Assembly (NCBI GenBank): GCA_022813965.1
Contig: JALDZS010000153.1
Coordinates: forward strand, 1 to 57,412
Length of the DNA: 57,412 bases
Direction: 5' to 3'
Source: Toensbergia leucococca
Taxonomy: Eukaryota
Shown here: positions 23,713-36,206 of the stretch, in pieces
Position numbering within the stretch: position 1 is the stretch's first letter
Layout of the letters: each line of letters begins with the position of its first letter
The notes under the pieces: generated by a model
What the model was told of the DNA's origin: nothing
The model's database searches: none
Seen by the model: only the letters and a program-made list of their open reading frames with translations
Made by a program: the position numbers and the translations under genes

Positions 23713-25412
23713 ATGTCTTATGAATCGAACGAGCGGAAAATACGTCCCGATGGAGACGATTATCTCAAGTCTGATGGAGCCATTGTAAGCACGAGTGCGG
23801 ATGATGGCTTGACTTCTCCCATCATAAACCTCCACGATGAACGCAGATTGGTTTGGAAATTCGATCTTCGAATCCTCCCCGTGCTGGCTGTCATGTACCT
23901 CTTCAACAGTCTCGACAAATCCAATCTGGGGAATGCCAAGACGGCTGGATTGGAGAAGACGCTCGGTCTGCACGGTGACCAGTACAACATCATTTTGAGC
24001 GTCTTCTTCGTACCCTACGTCTTGACTGCCCCGTTTCTGGCCATCCTCGGGAAGAAGTACGGCCCGAATCGAGTGCTGCCTCTGATGATGTTCTGTTTTG
24101 GCTGCTTTACCATCTTGGTGGTGACGGTGCAGAACTTCAGTGGTTTGTTGGCTATCCGATGGTTTCTCGGCATGTCCGAAAGCGCTTTCTTCCCCTTGGT
24201 GATTTACTACCAGACCACGTCAGAAAAATCCCCCCCCCTCTGACCGTACCTTGACTCATCACGTCTGACACGATAATTCTATGTAGCTTCTACCGCCGTG
24301 GCGAACTTGCAAGACGCCTGGCTCTTTTCTACGCCGCACAGAGTATCGCCTCGGCCTTCTCCGGCTTGTTGGCCTTTGGGGTCTTCCACATCCACTCGGG
24401 ATCATTGGCCGATTGGCGTTATCTATTCCTGGTTGAAGGTTGCGGCACCGTCTTGGTTTCCGCCTTTGCCTTCTGGTACCTACCTCGATCGTCGTCCGAA
24501 GCCAGCTTTCTCACCAAAGAGGAGAAAGATTTGGCATACTATCGCATGCAGATCGACAGCTCTTCGGTGGTCAACGAGAAATTCGATCTTCGAGAGTCGT
24601 TTAAGATTTTCAAGCATCCGACCAGTTGGATGATTCTTGCCATTGAAATCTGCTTGGGTGTGCCGTTGCAATCGGTTCAGCTGTTCCTGCCGCAGATTAT
24701 TGGCAGGTTGGGTTATGGGACCGTGAAGACCAATCTGTATACAGTGGCGCCTAATGTTTCTGGTGCCCTGATGCTTCTGGTCTTGGCTTTTGCGAGTGAT
24801 TTTGCCCGTGTTCGATTCCCCTTCATCGCCGCCGGGTTCCTCTTCACCTTTATCGGCTTCATCATCTACGTTTCCATCGACGTCGAGCGCCAGCTTCATG
24901 TAGCTTACTTTGCTGCCTTTATGATGACTTGGTAAGTTGTATGCACCTGGCACTATATTCCCCCCCTTTTCTTAACATTTTGTGCGCCTCTGCTCTGCGA
25001 AACGATCTATAGCTAGCAAGTCCCCCAAGATTTTATCTGCTCACGGAGAGAATTTCTCAGGGGAACCTCGGCCCCCTCCGTCCTTCTGGACACGTGGTAC
25101 AACAACAACATCGCCCACGAAGGCAAACGCGTCGTCCTGACCAGCTTCGGCGTCCCGCTCGCCAACCTGATGGGCGTCGTCAGCTCCAACATCTTCCAGA
25201 ACAAAGACGCGCCAAAATATATCCCGGCGCTCGCCACGACCGCCGCGTTTGGGGGTATGGGCTTGGTGCTGACGTTGGTGTTGGGGGCGTGGATGGTGAC
25301 GGATAACGGGATGAGGGATTCGAGGCAGGGGGTTAAGCTCAAGGTGAGGGATATTCCGACGGAGGAGTTGAAGGATGGGCCTGGCGTGCCGGCTTTTCGC
25401 TGGTTTTATTAG
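23713..25412 (+). CDS. MFS transporter, anion:cation symporter (allantoate permease DAL5/TNA1-like) family, 3 exons
   Basis: Motifs ERRLVWKFDLRILP, NSLDKSNLGNAK, RWFLGMSESAFFP, FYRRGELARR, WRYLFLVEG, NLYTVAP and DAPKYIPA. Introns ~24219-24287 and 24932-25060. Confidence 0.93.
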
Positions 25413-26639
25413 GGTGTGGATGGGGGCTTTGGAGGGGATGGGCTTCCTTGGGTTCATCTGCACATAATCGCAACGATACCCTTCTTTTTTTTTGTTGGTT
25501 TTAACATCGGGGCGTCGTTGGATTGGCTTAACAAACGTGAGCCCTGCAAATTCCTGTGAGTTTTGTTTTTTTTTCTGGTCAATATACTGTCAGTTACCTT
25601 TTAAGGTTTTCTTTCTTGTTTTCATTACTTGATCAATTCTATGACAGATGAATTGATAATGTGAGCTGTGAGATTATTCTCTGATTTGATACATAGGTAT
25701 GTCTATTATCTTATATCAGCTTCTTTCACTATTGAAACAGGATGTCAGTCTCTCTGAGATGTAGATAGTATCTGCATAATGATATGATTTCTGTGAATAT
25801 AGAAGATTGATCCTTTGTTGTTTAATTTCTTAAGGATGACTTGTCTTGATAGGAGGATTTGTGATACTTGCTGTTTTGTTAACACTTAGCAGTTCTTTAC
25901 AGGTATTAGATTAGGACTTTGAGCTTGAGGTTGTTTATCTTATATGCCTTGTTTGAAACTTTTATTCTTTCTCTTTTTTTTCTTTTTTCTCTTTTGTTTC
26001 TTTTTCTTTTCTTATAGATAAGAGTCTTGAAGCAGATCTTATTATCTGATCTCAATTCACATCTCTCTTACACTTTCTTTTCTCTTACTTTCTTAACTCT
26101 CTCAGTCTCTTAATCTCTACCCTTTGTTTAATCTTCTTTCTTCTTTCTCTCCCTCAATCAACCCCTTGAACAAAAAAAAAGCACATCACTCATCAAGCTC
26201 AAAAGCTTACTTGCACCTTTTTCAAACCCTCACCTTGCTCTTAAAAACATAAACATTTTTATGTCTTTTTTTTAAATCACTTATATGTGACACGTTTTGT
26301 GATATGCATATTATGATCTTTGAAGAGTGCTGAATAGAGGAAGGGGTTTAATGAAGGGAGTAGGTGAAAGAGGAGGAAGAAAGAGAAGATGAGGGAAGGG
26401 GGGGGAAAAGAGAAAGAGGGAAAAGGAAAGAAGAAAGGGGGGGAAAAGGGAACGAGAGCTTAAATGTGATTAAAAGCCGTGCTCAAAGATCAGTAACATG
26501 GCGCCTTGACATGACCATCTCCACACAAAAGATCTCGGAACCCTCTTATAACATCTATCTCTCCCCCTAGCAACCCAACCCTCTCTCCCTCCCTCCCAAT
26601 CCCTCACAAACCAAAAAAACCCCCCAAGCTCCAACCCCC

Positions 26640-29600
26640 TCACCAATAAGGCGGCCTCAACCCAGCAATAGCAGCCATACTCCCCCCACCAACCCCACCA
26701 CCACCATCGCCCTCCTCAATCCTCTTCCTCTGCCCCGCAAGCTCCAATTGAATAACCCGATGCAAATGCACAAGCCAATCGACATAACTCTGCGCATCCC
26801 CATTGCGATCCTCAACAAGCAATCGCGCAAACTCATACTCGGCCCCATCCAACCCCTGCCGCGCAAGCTGCACGACCAACGCCTTACTCCCCCTCACACT
26901 CTCCCAGTAAGCGAGCAGATTCCTAACCTGGGCGTTGAGATGGGTATCAAGAACAGGGAGTGCGGAGAGAAAGGGGTCGAGGGAATCGAGGGAGGTTTTA
27001 CCGGGACCGAAGAGGTCTTCGAGGAGGTTTGGGGAGACGTGGGTGTGAAGCCAGAGGAGACAGGTTTGGCCATCATCGACAAGGTATGCACCGCCTTCTT
27101 GGATGCTGGCGAAGGAGGCACGGATGCTAGGGGGGAGGATAAGGTGGCCGGTTTGGGGTTCTGGGAAGCCGGAGTTTGGGGGGAGGGTGTGGAGGGGGAT
27201 GATGCGGGGGTAGAGGTAGAGGGAGAGTTCGAGGGCACTCATTGATTTGATCATTCGCATTGCGTGGGATCGACGGTCAGAGGGTTCGTGGCCACCTGGT
27301 TTTTGGTAAGTTTGATTTTGGAAAATAGAGGGACGGAGATGCACCTTTAAAAGCTCGACATTTTAATAAGCCGAGAACGTACATGCTGAATTCTTTGAGA
27401 TATTCAGGTAGAACGAGTTGGCCTGGAGGATGAGATCCGGAGAAAATCTTTCGATATCCGGCGAGAACGTCAATGGTCTTCTCCGTGAGACTATTACGAA
27501 GATCTTTCAGAGATCGCTCGGTCATTTTCGAAGCAGCTACATTATGTTAGATGGTGCGAGTCATAATCATACAAGAGGAGGTGAGACGTACTCTCTTTTG
27601 CAATCATGTTGACTACAGCGTCTTGATCAATATATCTCATGCCCTCGATAGTTCCCTCATTGACACTCGCAACAGTATTGGTACAACGCACTCGTCTCTC
27701 ACCACCTGCTGTCGTGTATAACAGTGCACATTGAAAATGGGCATCGAGTTTCGAGTCCAATTTCCCATCATAGCTGAATATGACCCCGATTGCTTTGTCG
27801 GCATCGATGACGCCAAATTCAAGATCTGCTCCAAATGTATGTTGCAGAAAGTTTCCATGATATGAGGCGACTTGCAGGCCATTGGAACAGCGGACTTTCA
27901 TCAAGGCTTGATAGCCTGTGTCTCGAGTCACTGTGTGTTTGATTTCTTTGGACAACTTGAGAGTGTCCCGAGCTGCATGCCAATTGGGATAGTAGAATGT
28001 TTCTCCACCAGTGACGGCAGAGACATGGCCTAGTACAAGTCAGTCAATAAGTATCCAGCTTTTCAAGCAATTATTACCAATTGTAGCAATGTCCATGTAT
28101 GCGCCACCACCCACGGCAATGAAAAAGTCGACACCAATTCCACTCTCAACCATTTTCCCAGCAATCTTTTTCCAACCTGGATGGTCCGTCTGAAAGAGCT
28201 TTTTCTCACCATCAATACCATGCATAGTATTGTCGTCTCTCATGAATAATCTGCCTGGACCCCAGGTTGGCAGCGCAGAAAGAGAACAAATGATCTTTCC
28301 CCCTGTCAAAGACAAGGCTGAGAATGCTGCATTGAGTGTAGGTAACAAAACCGGTTCGGGAGTTTTGACTCTCGCGAAAAGGTCCGGTATTCGATTCAGA
28401 AGAGACGTTATGACAGACCTGAATTCCAGCTTTAGCAGAATTCGGGTTTCCAAGGGCAAACAGGCATACTGTGATTCGTATGGATCCACGAACAACCCAT
28501 CACTACCTAGAGGGACAAATGGATCTTCTATATCTGGCATCACTAGCATTTGCGCTTGCTCCAGACTTTCCTATCACGGAGATGAGTTTCTGTGTCAAAC
28601 CTGGATATGCCGAACTTACATGGCAATTATAAAAGTGGATTTCCCTATCGTAAGTCACGAATCCTACTTTTGCACCAGCTGGAAGCCTCCGTCGTGATAC
28701 AAACTCATCATCGTTTTGATTCTCATCATCTGCGCCATCCTGATCCTCGCTGTAAAGAGCCCCTAAGATACCTTCACAGAAAGCTTCCAATAGACCTCGA
28801 CTGACAGCCTCTTGACTTACGTCGATGACAAATAACCAACGTAGGCCGACTGGTTCTTTGGCCCAGTATTCCTTTGGTACCATAAATTCCACAGTACCCA
28901 TAGTCAACTCGTGCCTTTCGGCTCTGTCAACTCGAATACCGTTAGGATCTGTTGGAGCAAAGTATTCAGGCGCTACGTCGTTGGGAAAAGTACACATGTT
29001 ACACACAAATTTGTTACCACCTGACCGAAATGTCATGAATGGGTTGATATAAGCTCTACATCTTCGACAACGGGGAGGGCCTTGTTCGCCAAAGTCAAGA
29101 ACAGGTATTGCTTGTTCACCATCTTGTAAAGGTGCAAGAGGCTGTAAAAGTAACCCAAGAGGTAGAGCTGTAGCGTTCAATGCTTCGGACGTGGAAGGAA
29201 TACTGTTGAATGTCAGGCGGGCATATTTTGGTGATGAATTTCCTTGATCATAAGCAACAAATGGAATAGCACCGGGTGGAGGAAGATGTTGTTCCATAGT
29301 ATGATAGATATGATCCAGGTAGTATTTCGCGGGCACATCTCGAGATCTTGCTATACTAGGGATTTGTTCCGGATCTACCTTTTCTGAGAAGTTTGGCCCT
29401 ATTGGTTGAGGTCCTGTAGTAAGCTGTGCACCGGCTTGGGCAGGAAATTGATTCATTTCTGGTGTGATTCTCTGACCAGCATACATGTTGCCTGGACTCG
29501 TCGATTGAGGGGAATTGGCATTTAAAAATTGTGGAGAATTCATTCCGCCCTGCGGCATCCCACCAAATGGTTGCGAACCACCAGGTTGATCAATATCATG

Positions 29601-29999
29601 ATATGCGTGCCTGTTCTTTTTTCTATTTGGTCGACTTGCAGCACCTGCCTCTGGCCCTAAGCCCATTTGCCCCATCTGCGAAGCCAGGCCGCCAATGGCT
29701 CCATTGTTCGTCACACCAGCCTGAGGTTGTGGAGGAAAGTATCCTTGCTCTTGCGCCGTTCCTGGGGTTTGATAGCCTGGTTGTAGCGTGCCTCCATATC
29801 CAGATTGTGGCGTTCTTCCATAGCCACTCTGCTGCATATTCGGGGCATGCTGACTGTATGACGATCCACCCTGTTGATATGCGTTCGGTCCAGGAGCTAT
29901 GGGAGGAATGAATTGCGGAGGCGCAGGTTGCATTCGAGATTGAGGGTATGAGGGGTCTGTATCTGGGGTCTGATGGCCCAGTCCATGATAGGTGTCCAT
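26640..29999 (-). CDS. SFB3: COPII coat cargo adaptor, Sec24 family (Sfb3/Lst1, SEC24C/D-like), multi-exon
   Basis: P/Q/G-rich N-terminus; DQGNSSPKYARLT; zinc finger PPRCRRCRAYINPF…FVCNMC; trunk FVIDVS, VMPDIEDPFVP and GGKIICSLSALPTWGPG; beta-barrel MKVRCSNGL, FQCALLYTT and ERRVRC; helical GQLVLPE; gelsolin-like LYLYPRI and LVEDRN. Confidence 0.95.
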
Positions 30000-30395
30000 G
30001 GTGAGGAAGGGTTTTGGATTGGTGGCAGGATCAATCGAACAGGTGGGAAGGCCATGAAAGATGTAAACTCGTAGCTTTAGACATGGTCTGTAGCCCCAAT
30101 GTCTGATGCAGTGAGTCGACCGTTTCGTTCGTGAGGTCGACTTGTCGCGTTGACTTGTGGCTTTGACTGTTTGTTGTTTTTCTCTCCCCTCGCCGTCGAT
30201 GTCGGAGAAAATAAAAATTGCAATTACCCGGATTTTCCTTTCCCCACTCTCTCCGTCGAATCTTCCAACTGGCGTTGTCCCTGTTCTATCTTACAGTCTT
30301 ACTCCTTTGAGCTTTGGAATCCTTTAAACTATCTCTAACACACTCACCTAATCTACACCAATGTGGCAGCCAAGCTCCGACTATAGTCCGCAACT

Positions 30396-32721
30396 ATGGC
30401 TCGCTCTCATATCACCGCCGCTTTGGTCATTTCAATTGTCTCGATACTGATTATCTTCCAGCTGATATCTTCCTTTGGACTGCCCAGGCTCGATTACCTG
30501 AATCTGCGCTATGGTGAATCCAATAGGCCTTCAGTAATCAACCAGATACCCATCAACCCTACAAGCTCGGAATCCGAGATCTCGGGCAATGCAGACTTGT
30601 ATCTATTGGGAGTGGGGAAGGCGGACGTTACAGGGTATGGTTCTGGCAGTGGAGAAAACAGAGCCCATGTTGACTGGTCTTATTAGTCCCGTGGTTGAGA
30701 TCAATATGATGGGCTATGCAGATCCGAAGCAAGTTGGTTCGGGATTGCGCCAACGACTCTACTCTCGAGCGTTCATTATTGGAGACGTCGACAACCCCGA
30801 GGATCGCTTTGTGTACCTTGTGTTGGATACCCAGTCTGGAGATACCGCCGTACGACATGGGATTCTACAAGGTCTCTTCGAGTTAGGAGGAGACTATACT
30901 GTTTACGGGCAAAAGAATGTAGCAGTAACGGGCACCCACTCGCATTCGGGACCTGGAGCATGGTTGAATTATCTTCTACCTCAAATTACCAGCAAGGGCT
31001 TTGACAAACAGAGCTACCAAGCTATCGTAGATGGAGCCCTTCTCTCGATCCAACGAGCGCATGAAAGCCTTACACCGGGATATCTATCATTTGGGTCTAT
31101 CGAAATTGAGGATGCAAATATCAATCGGAGCCCATACGCATATCTTGCCAATCCTGAAAAGGAGAGGGCAAGTTATAAACGTGATGTGGACAAAACTTTG
31201 ACTATGCTCAAATTCCAGCGCTCTGATAATGGCAAGAACATGGGCGTTTTGACTTGGTTTCCAGTACACGGGACTTCGATGCTGGGCAACAACACTTTGA
31301 TTTCGGGAGACAACAAAGGTGTGGCTGCTTATTTGCTTGAGAAAAGTGTGGCCGAATCCAGTCATGCCTCGGAAGACTTTGTTGCGGGTTTCTCTCAAGC
31401 GAATGTAGGGGATACTTCGCCAAATGTACTTGGGGCATACTGTGAGGACGATGTTGGCGGAGAATGCAATTTCGAAGACAGCACTTGTCAAGGGAAGAAT
31501 GAGGATTGTCATGGTAGAGGACCCATGTTTCGGGAGAAAGACGAAGGAGCTTCGAGCTGCTTTGAGATTGGGCGAAGGCAATTTGCAGGTGCCAAAGCTT
31601 TGTATGATTCCATGGATCAAGTGGGTGTCTCTATACGAGGATCTACTGTAAGGTCACTCCATACATTCCAAGACTTTTCTAAGTTCACCTTTTTGCACCC
31701 CAATGGATCCATAGTCTCTACATGTCCTGCTGCTCTCGGTTTCTCCTTTGCCGCAGGTACAAGTGACGGCCCTGGTGCATTTGACTTTAAGCAGAACAAT
31801 ACCGGCTCTCCAAATGCGAACCCCGTCTGGCTGGCAGTCCGTGGTTTCCTCCGCGAACCAAGCGAGGAACAGAAACTCTGCCACGCCTCTAAACCCATTC
31901 TCCTCGATGTCGGTGAAATCTCCTCTCCCTACCTCTGGACCCCTAACGTTGTCGATATCCAGCTCCTGCGTGTCGGCCAACTCCTTATCATCGTCTCGCC
32001 CGGTGAAGCCACCACCATGGCTGGCCGGCGCTGGAAAGCCGCTCTGATCGATTCGGCCACACATTCATCCTTGACCTCTCAACCGCCCATTGTCGTACTC
32101 GGCGGTCCAGCAAATAGCTACACGCATTACATCGCCACAGAAGAAGAGTACGGCATCCAACGCTACGAAGGCGCTTCCACCCTCTACGGCCCACACACCC
32201 TAAACGCCTACATCAACCTCACCCTCTCCTACCTCCCCTACCTCCACTCCAAAACTACCACGACCCCCCCACCCGGCCCCTCACCCCCAATAAACATCAA
32301 CTCCTCCCTCAGCTTCATCACAGGCGTCGCCTACGACCGCGCCCCCTTCTTCTCCTCCTTCGGCAGTATCCTCACCGACGTCCTCCCAACCTACGCCACT
32401 GGCTCAACCGCAACAGCCACCTTCGTCGGCGCCAACCCGCGCAACAACCTGCACCTCGAATCCACATACGCCAGCGTGGAAAAGCTCGTCAAGCCAGGCC
32501 GCTGGATCCGCGTCCGCGACGATGCGGATTGGAGCGTGGTGTTTCGCTGGACGCGGGTGAGCAGTGTGTTGGGGACGAGCGAGGTGGATTTGAGCTGGGA
32601 GATTGAGAGCGGGGTTGGGGAGGGGGCGTATCGGTTTCGGTATTTTGGGGAGGCGAAGACGCCGGTTACGGGGAGGATTGTTTCGTTTGAGGGGGTCAGT
32701 GGCGCGTTTTGGGTTGGGTGA
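30396..32721 (+). CDS. Neutral/alkaline non-lysosomal ceramidase, N-terminal signal anchor, 1 intron
   Basis: YLLGVGKADVTG|PVVE across intron 30635-30686; also RQRLYSRAF, GTHSHSGPG, NINRSP, FPVHGTS, GDVSPN-like GDTSPN, FAAGTSDGPG, PGEATTMAGRR and QRYEGASTLYGP. Confidence 0.95.
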
Positions 32722-32927
32722 TTTATTCTTTTCTTGCGACACGAGAATGTTTATACATCTCTCTCCTCCCTCCCCCTCCACTGCCGGACCAAAAAACACA
32801 CGCATTTTATCAACGTTGTCAAACCAACCCATTCGTGACTATTTACCTACTCCACCCGATTCGAGTAGTGTGACATTTCAATTTCATTCTACAAAGCCAA
32901 GTCAAGTGGGTATCCCACATTTAGAAA

Positions 32928-33418
32928 AGCGGTTGCAAAATCCTCGATCTTGCCTTAGCATTTTCTTTTGCGCCCTCTGAGCCCCCCCTTCATATGTTTC
33001 TTTTGTTTGGACAACAAACAATAAATAGAGCATGAATCAAACCCCTTATCCAGGCAGATTGTAGAATAGAGCTTCATCACGGCGGATTCTATGACCACAG
33101 CATTCAGTCAAAATACTACTGGCAGTGAGGAAGATATCCCGTCCTTGATAAAGATATCATGAGAGGGCTGGAACATTCAAGATTGATGGATTGATTAGTC
33201 AATTAATTCATAGATATGACGATTTTCATGATCATGTTAGAGAATTGTGACGGATTTTTGTTGGGTTGGGATGGATGTGTGTGAGGAAGAGCTGGGTACA
33301 ATCTGCCTGAATCAGATTTTGAATTTATGTGTTTGTTGTCCAAATATGAGGAAACATATGAGAGGGTGCTCAGGCACAAAAAAAATGCTGAAACAAGATC
33401 GAGGATTTTGCAACCACT
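32928..33418. mobile_element. Non-autonomous MITE/foldback element A (~490 bp, ~150-bp imperfect TIRs)
   Basis: Left end ggttgcaaaatcctcgatcttg…catatgtttc…tttggacaacaaaca…caggcagattgta is the reverse complement of the right end tacaatctgcctg…tgtttgttgtccaaa…gaaacatatg…caagatcgaggattttgcaacc. No coding capacity; TSD not evident. Confidence 0.8.
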
Positions 33419-33552
33419 AGGCCCGGGGGGAATATTATTCTAACCGCCGATGGCTTAGCGACTTTTCACCAAACAATCCGCGGTTAATTTTTTCTCCCGG
33501 CCCCGACCCGGCAAACAAAATAATATGTTGGTTAATTTCTGAACTCAGCATC

Positions 33553-33641
33553 GGGCATTTGGTCTAGGGGTATGATTTTCGCTTCGCACGCATCTCCGCG
33601 TAGTCTGTGAAAGGTCCAGGGTTCAAATCCCTGAATGTCCA
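33553..33641 (+). tRNA. tRNA-Ala(CGC) with 17-nt intron
   Basis: Acceptor stem GGGCATT/AATGTCC with G3:U70 and A73; A-box TGGTCTAGGGG; anticodon arm TTCGC-TT-CGC-A[intron]T-GTGAA; T-arm CAGGG-TTCAAAT-CCCTG; T-run terminator just downstream. Confidence 0.92.
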
Positions 33642-33784
33642 CGATCGATTATGTTTTTGTCCAAATCACCAAATCTGGATTGACACGGAGAAAATTTCAG
33701 CATTTATGATCTAAAAAAAGGTCTGTGAAATTTTTTTCTTGAAATTTACTTTAACCCACAAGCTCCAGGTTATCTGACTTATCT

Positions 33785-34576
33785 AGGCTACTGATGTATG
33801 GACGCCCCTATTGGATAGGTGGACGCACCCCCCACACTCGGGCGCATGATCATCGAGGGAAAGTTTATAATTTATTCTGCATCACTATTTTTCCTCAATT
33901 CCCCCACCGCATTTGCGTGCCTTGTACCTCATGACACGCGTACCTTTCAGAAGCCAAATAGCTGAGGAGAAAAAGCATGCTTTTGTAACGCATTCTGACT
34001 TAGTTCCCTCCACCCCCGGGCGCAAAAATATCGAAATTTTGTAAGCTATCTGCCTCCGTTCAATGTCATGACATATACTCTGTTATTCACAAGAATTACC
34101 TCTCCCTCCTCCCCTCCCCCTCACCCTTCATCTCTATGTCTTCCCTCACCCCCCCCGGCCTCATGGTCCTCTCTCATGTCCTTCTTCACGCAAGGCCGCC
34201 GCCCCTTCTATCTCTACCCTCTCAAAGTTAGACATTTCTCTTCTTTTACCTCTAGCCAATGTCTGCTGCTGTCTCTCACTCTGAGGTCAATTGATGACTT
34301 CTTCAGGACGGCCACGGGGGTGAGCAATGATCGTGATGGTTTTGGCGCCCAGGGTGAGGGAAATCAAGTCAGGATGTGATACAAAAGCATGATTTTTTCT
34401 TCGAGGTAATTTGACTTCTAGATGGCTCGCAAATAGAACAAGCAAGTGGCTTGCTTAATGATAGAAAACTGGGGCAGAATGCGGTGCGGAATGATAAGAT
34501 TTCTCTTTGTGATCTTGCGCCCGAAAGGGGGGGGGCGTCCACCTATCCAAAAGGGGCGTTCATGTATCAGGAGCCT
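33785..34576. mobile_element. Non-autonomous foldback/Mutator-like element B (~790 bp, ~250-bp imperfect TIRs)
   Basis: aggctactgatgtatggacgcccctattggataggtggacgc…tcgggcgca pairs with tgcgcccga…gcgtccacctatccaaaaggggcgttcatgtatcaggagcct. Inner blocks also pair (aaaaagcatgcttttgtaacgcattctgactt vs aagtcaggatgtgatacaaaagcatgattttt). Superfamily is inferred only from TIR length. Confidence 0.8.
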
Positions 34577-35157
34577 GTTATACTGCTAGTACCTCCAAGT
34601 TTCTTATTCTATGCTTTTCTAAGAACACATTAGCAAATTTGTACACGAGCTGCGAGCTCATCCTCAATCTATACATGGTTTGATTATGTTATTCAACCCT
34701 GATTTTTTTCATGGTGAGGGATAAATACTCAACGCTGATGTTATGAACCTCATGCAATCATATTGACTCTTTGGGGGGCTTTTATGGGCGAAGTTTTGTT
34801 CTATCAGGGTCGGTTGTTGGCGTTGAAGTTGTTGGGTTTTTTTCATTGGTGGTCTGGGTTTGGGGTTGGGTGGGATGGTGGGCTGTGACTGAGGTTTTTT
34901 TGGGGAAGTTGTAAAAGAGATGTGATGTGGAGTTTTGTAGCGTAAAGATTTGAACGGCGTCATTCAGGGAAGTTATAAAACTGTTTGTTCACGGCTCTAG
35001 GAAATAAATAACAATCTTCATGAGTTTCTATTACTACACAATCCGAACCTTCCAAATTTAACGAATCCAAACAACTCCGCCCCAATGCAATGCCCAAACA
35101 CAAAATGCATCTGTCCAAACGAACCCAAACAATCCATCAGACCAAGTTTAAAGTTTC

Positions 35158-35874
35158 TTACAAAACCTCAATCTTCCGAACCGCTGGAATCGCCGCTTTG
35201 GGCACTACCACGCTCAGCACCCCCTCTCTCAGCTTCGCCTTCACGCCTTCCTGATCAACCCGGTCTGCGAAATTGAAGACGCGGCGGAAGTCCCCGCTCG
35301 CGCGTTCTTGGACCCAGTATTTAGGCTTCGGCGCCTCGTTGGAGGGTTTGGTGGGTGTTTGCTCCGGGGCTTCGGCTGCAGGTGTGGGAGCCGCAGTCAC
35401 GGTGGCCGTGCTGGTGGTGGAGGCGGGAGCTTCGTCCTCTACGCTGGCTTTTTGGTAGGAGGTCACTTCCTCGTAGGAGGAGAGGGATTCGGATGCGTTT
35501 GAGGGCTGGCGTGAGCGCTGCGCGCTTTTGTCCTCGGCTTGCGCTTCCTTCTCGGGCTCCGTCTTCACATCCTTAGGCTCCGCACCCGGCTTCTTAGGCT
35601 CCCGCTCTAAATGTCCTTTGATGACAAGAGTCTGGGCATCGGTAAATTCGATGCTTATGTTTTCTTGTGAGAGGCCCGGGAGGTCGCCCTGTAGTTCGTA
35701 GTATGTTTGGTGTTCTAGGACGTCGAACTTTGGGGTGAATATTTTTTGCGGCTGGGGGGAGCGGCAGGTACGGAGGGCTGGGTGGTGGGGTGAGGTGGCT
35801 GAGAGGAGGTTCAGGATGGGCAGGAGGGAGGGGGTTGTGGGTGTTTGTTGGGGAGTGCGGAGGAAGAAGGCCAT
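35158..35874 (-). CDS. Small heat-shock protein (HSP20/alpha-crystallin family, fungal Hsp30 type)
   Basis: FTPKFDVLEH…YELQGDLPGL…ISIEFTDAQTLVIKGH, a long charged insertion, then KYWVQERASGDFRRVFNF…VKAKLREGVLSVVVPK…RKIEV. Confidence 0.95.
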   Translation of the reverse strand: MAFFLRTPQQTPTTPSLLPILNLLSATSPHHPALRTCRSPQPQKIFTPKFDVLEHQTYYELQGDLPGLSQENISIEFTDAQTLVIKGHLEREPKKPGAEPKDVKTEPEKEAQAEDKSAQRSRQPSNASESLSSYEEVTSYQKASVEDEAPASTTSTATVTAAPTPAAEAPEQTPTKPSNEAPKPKYWVQERASGDFRRVFNFADRVDQEGVKAKLREGVLSVVVPKAAIPAVRKIEVL

Positions 35875-36191
35875 GGATTTGGTGTTAGGTGGGTTATGTG
35901 AGCTTGGTTTTGGAAATAACGATATTTTTTTTTGGAAAGATAAGGAGATTTGGTATTGATGGTTTAGGTATGAAGTTGATCTTCAAAGAGTAATTGTGAT
36001 GGTGGTTTGTTTGTTGAATGGAGTGAAGAGTCGAATTTCTACGCCGAGATATATAGCTTTTTGGTCGGTGCCGTGGAAGGTACTAGGTACCTCCATCTGA
36101 TCACGAATCTGTTGCAGATCTGTAATCATGTTAGGCAACCTTTGGTCTACGCAATGTGATACTGTCCGAAACGGTGAGAAGGTTTTGGGAG

Positions 36192-36206
36192 GTTCGAGAA
36201 TCTTCT
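36192..36206. promoter_or_regulatory. Heat-shock element (three inverted nGAAn units) upstream of HSP20; TATA-like TATATA at 36050-36055
   Basis: gTTCgaGAAtcTTCt, ~320 bp upstream of the HSP20 ATG. Confidence 0.75.
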
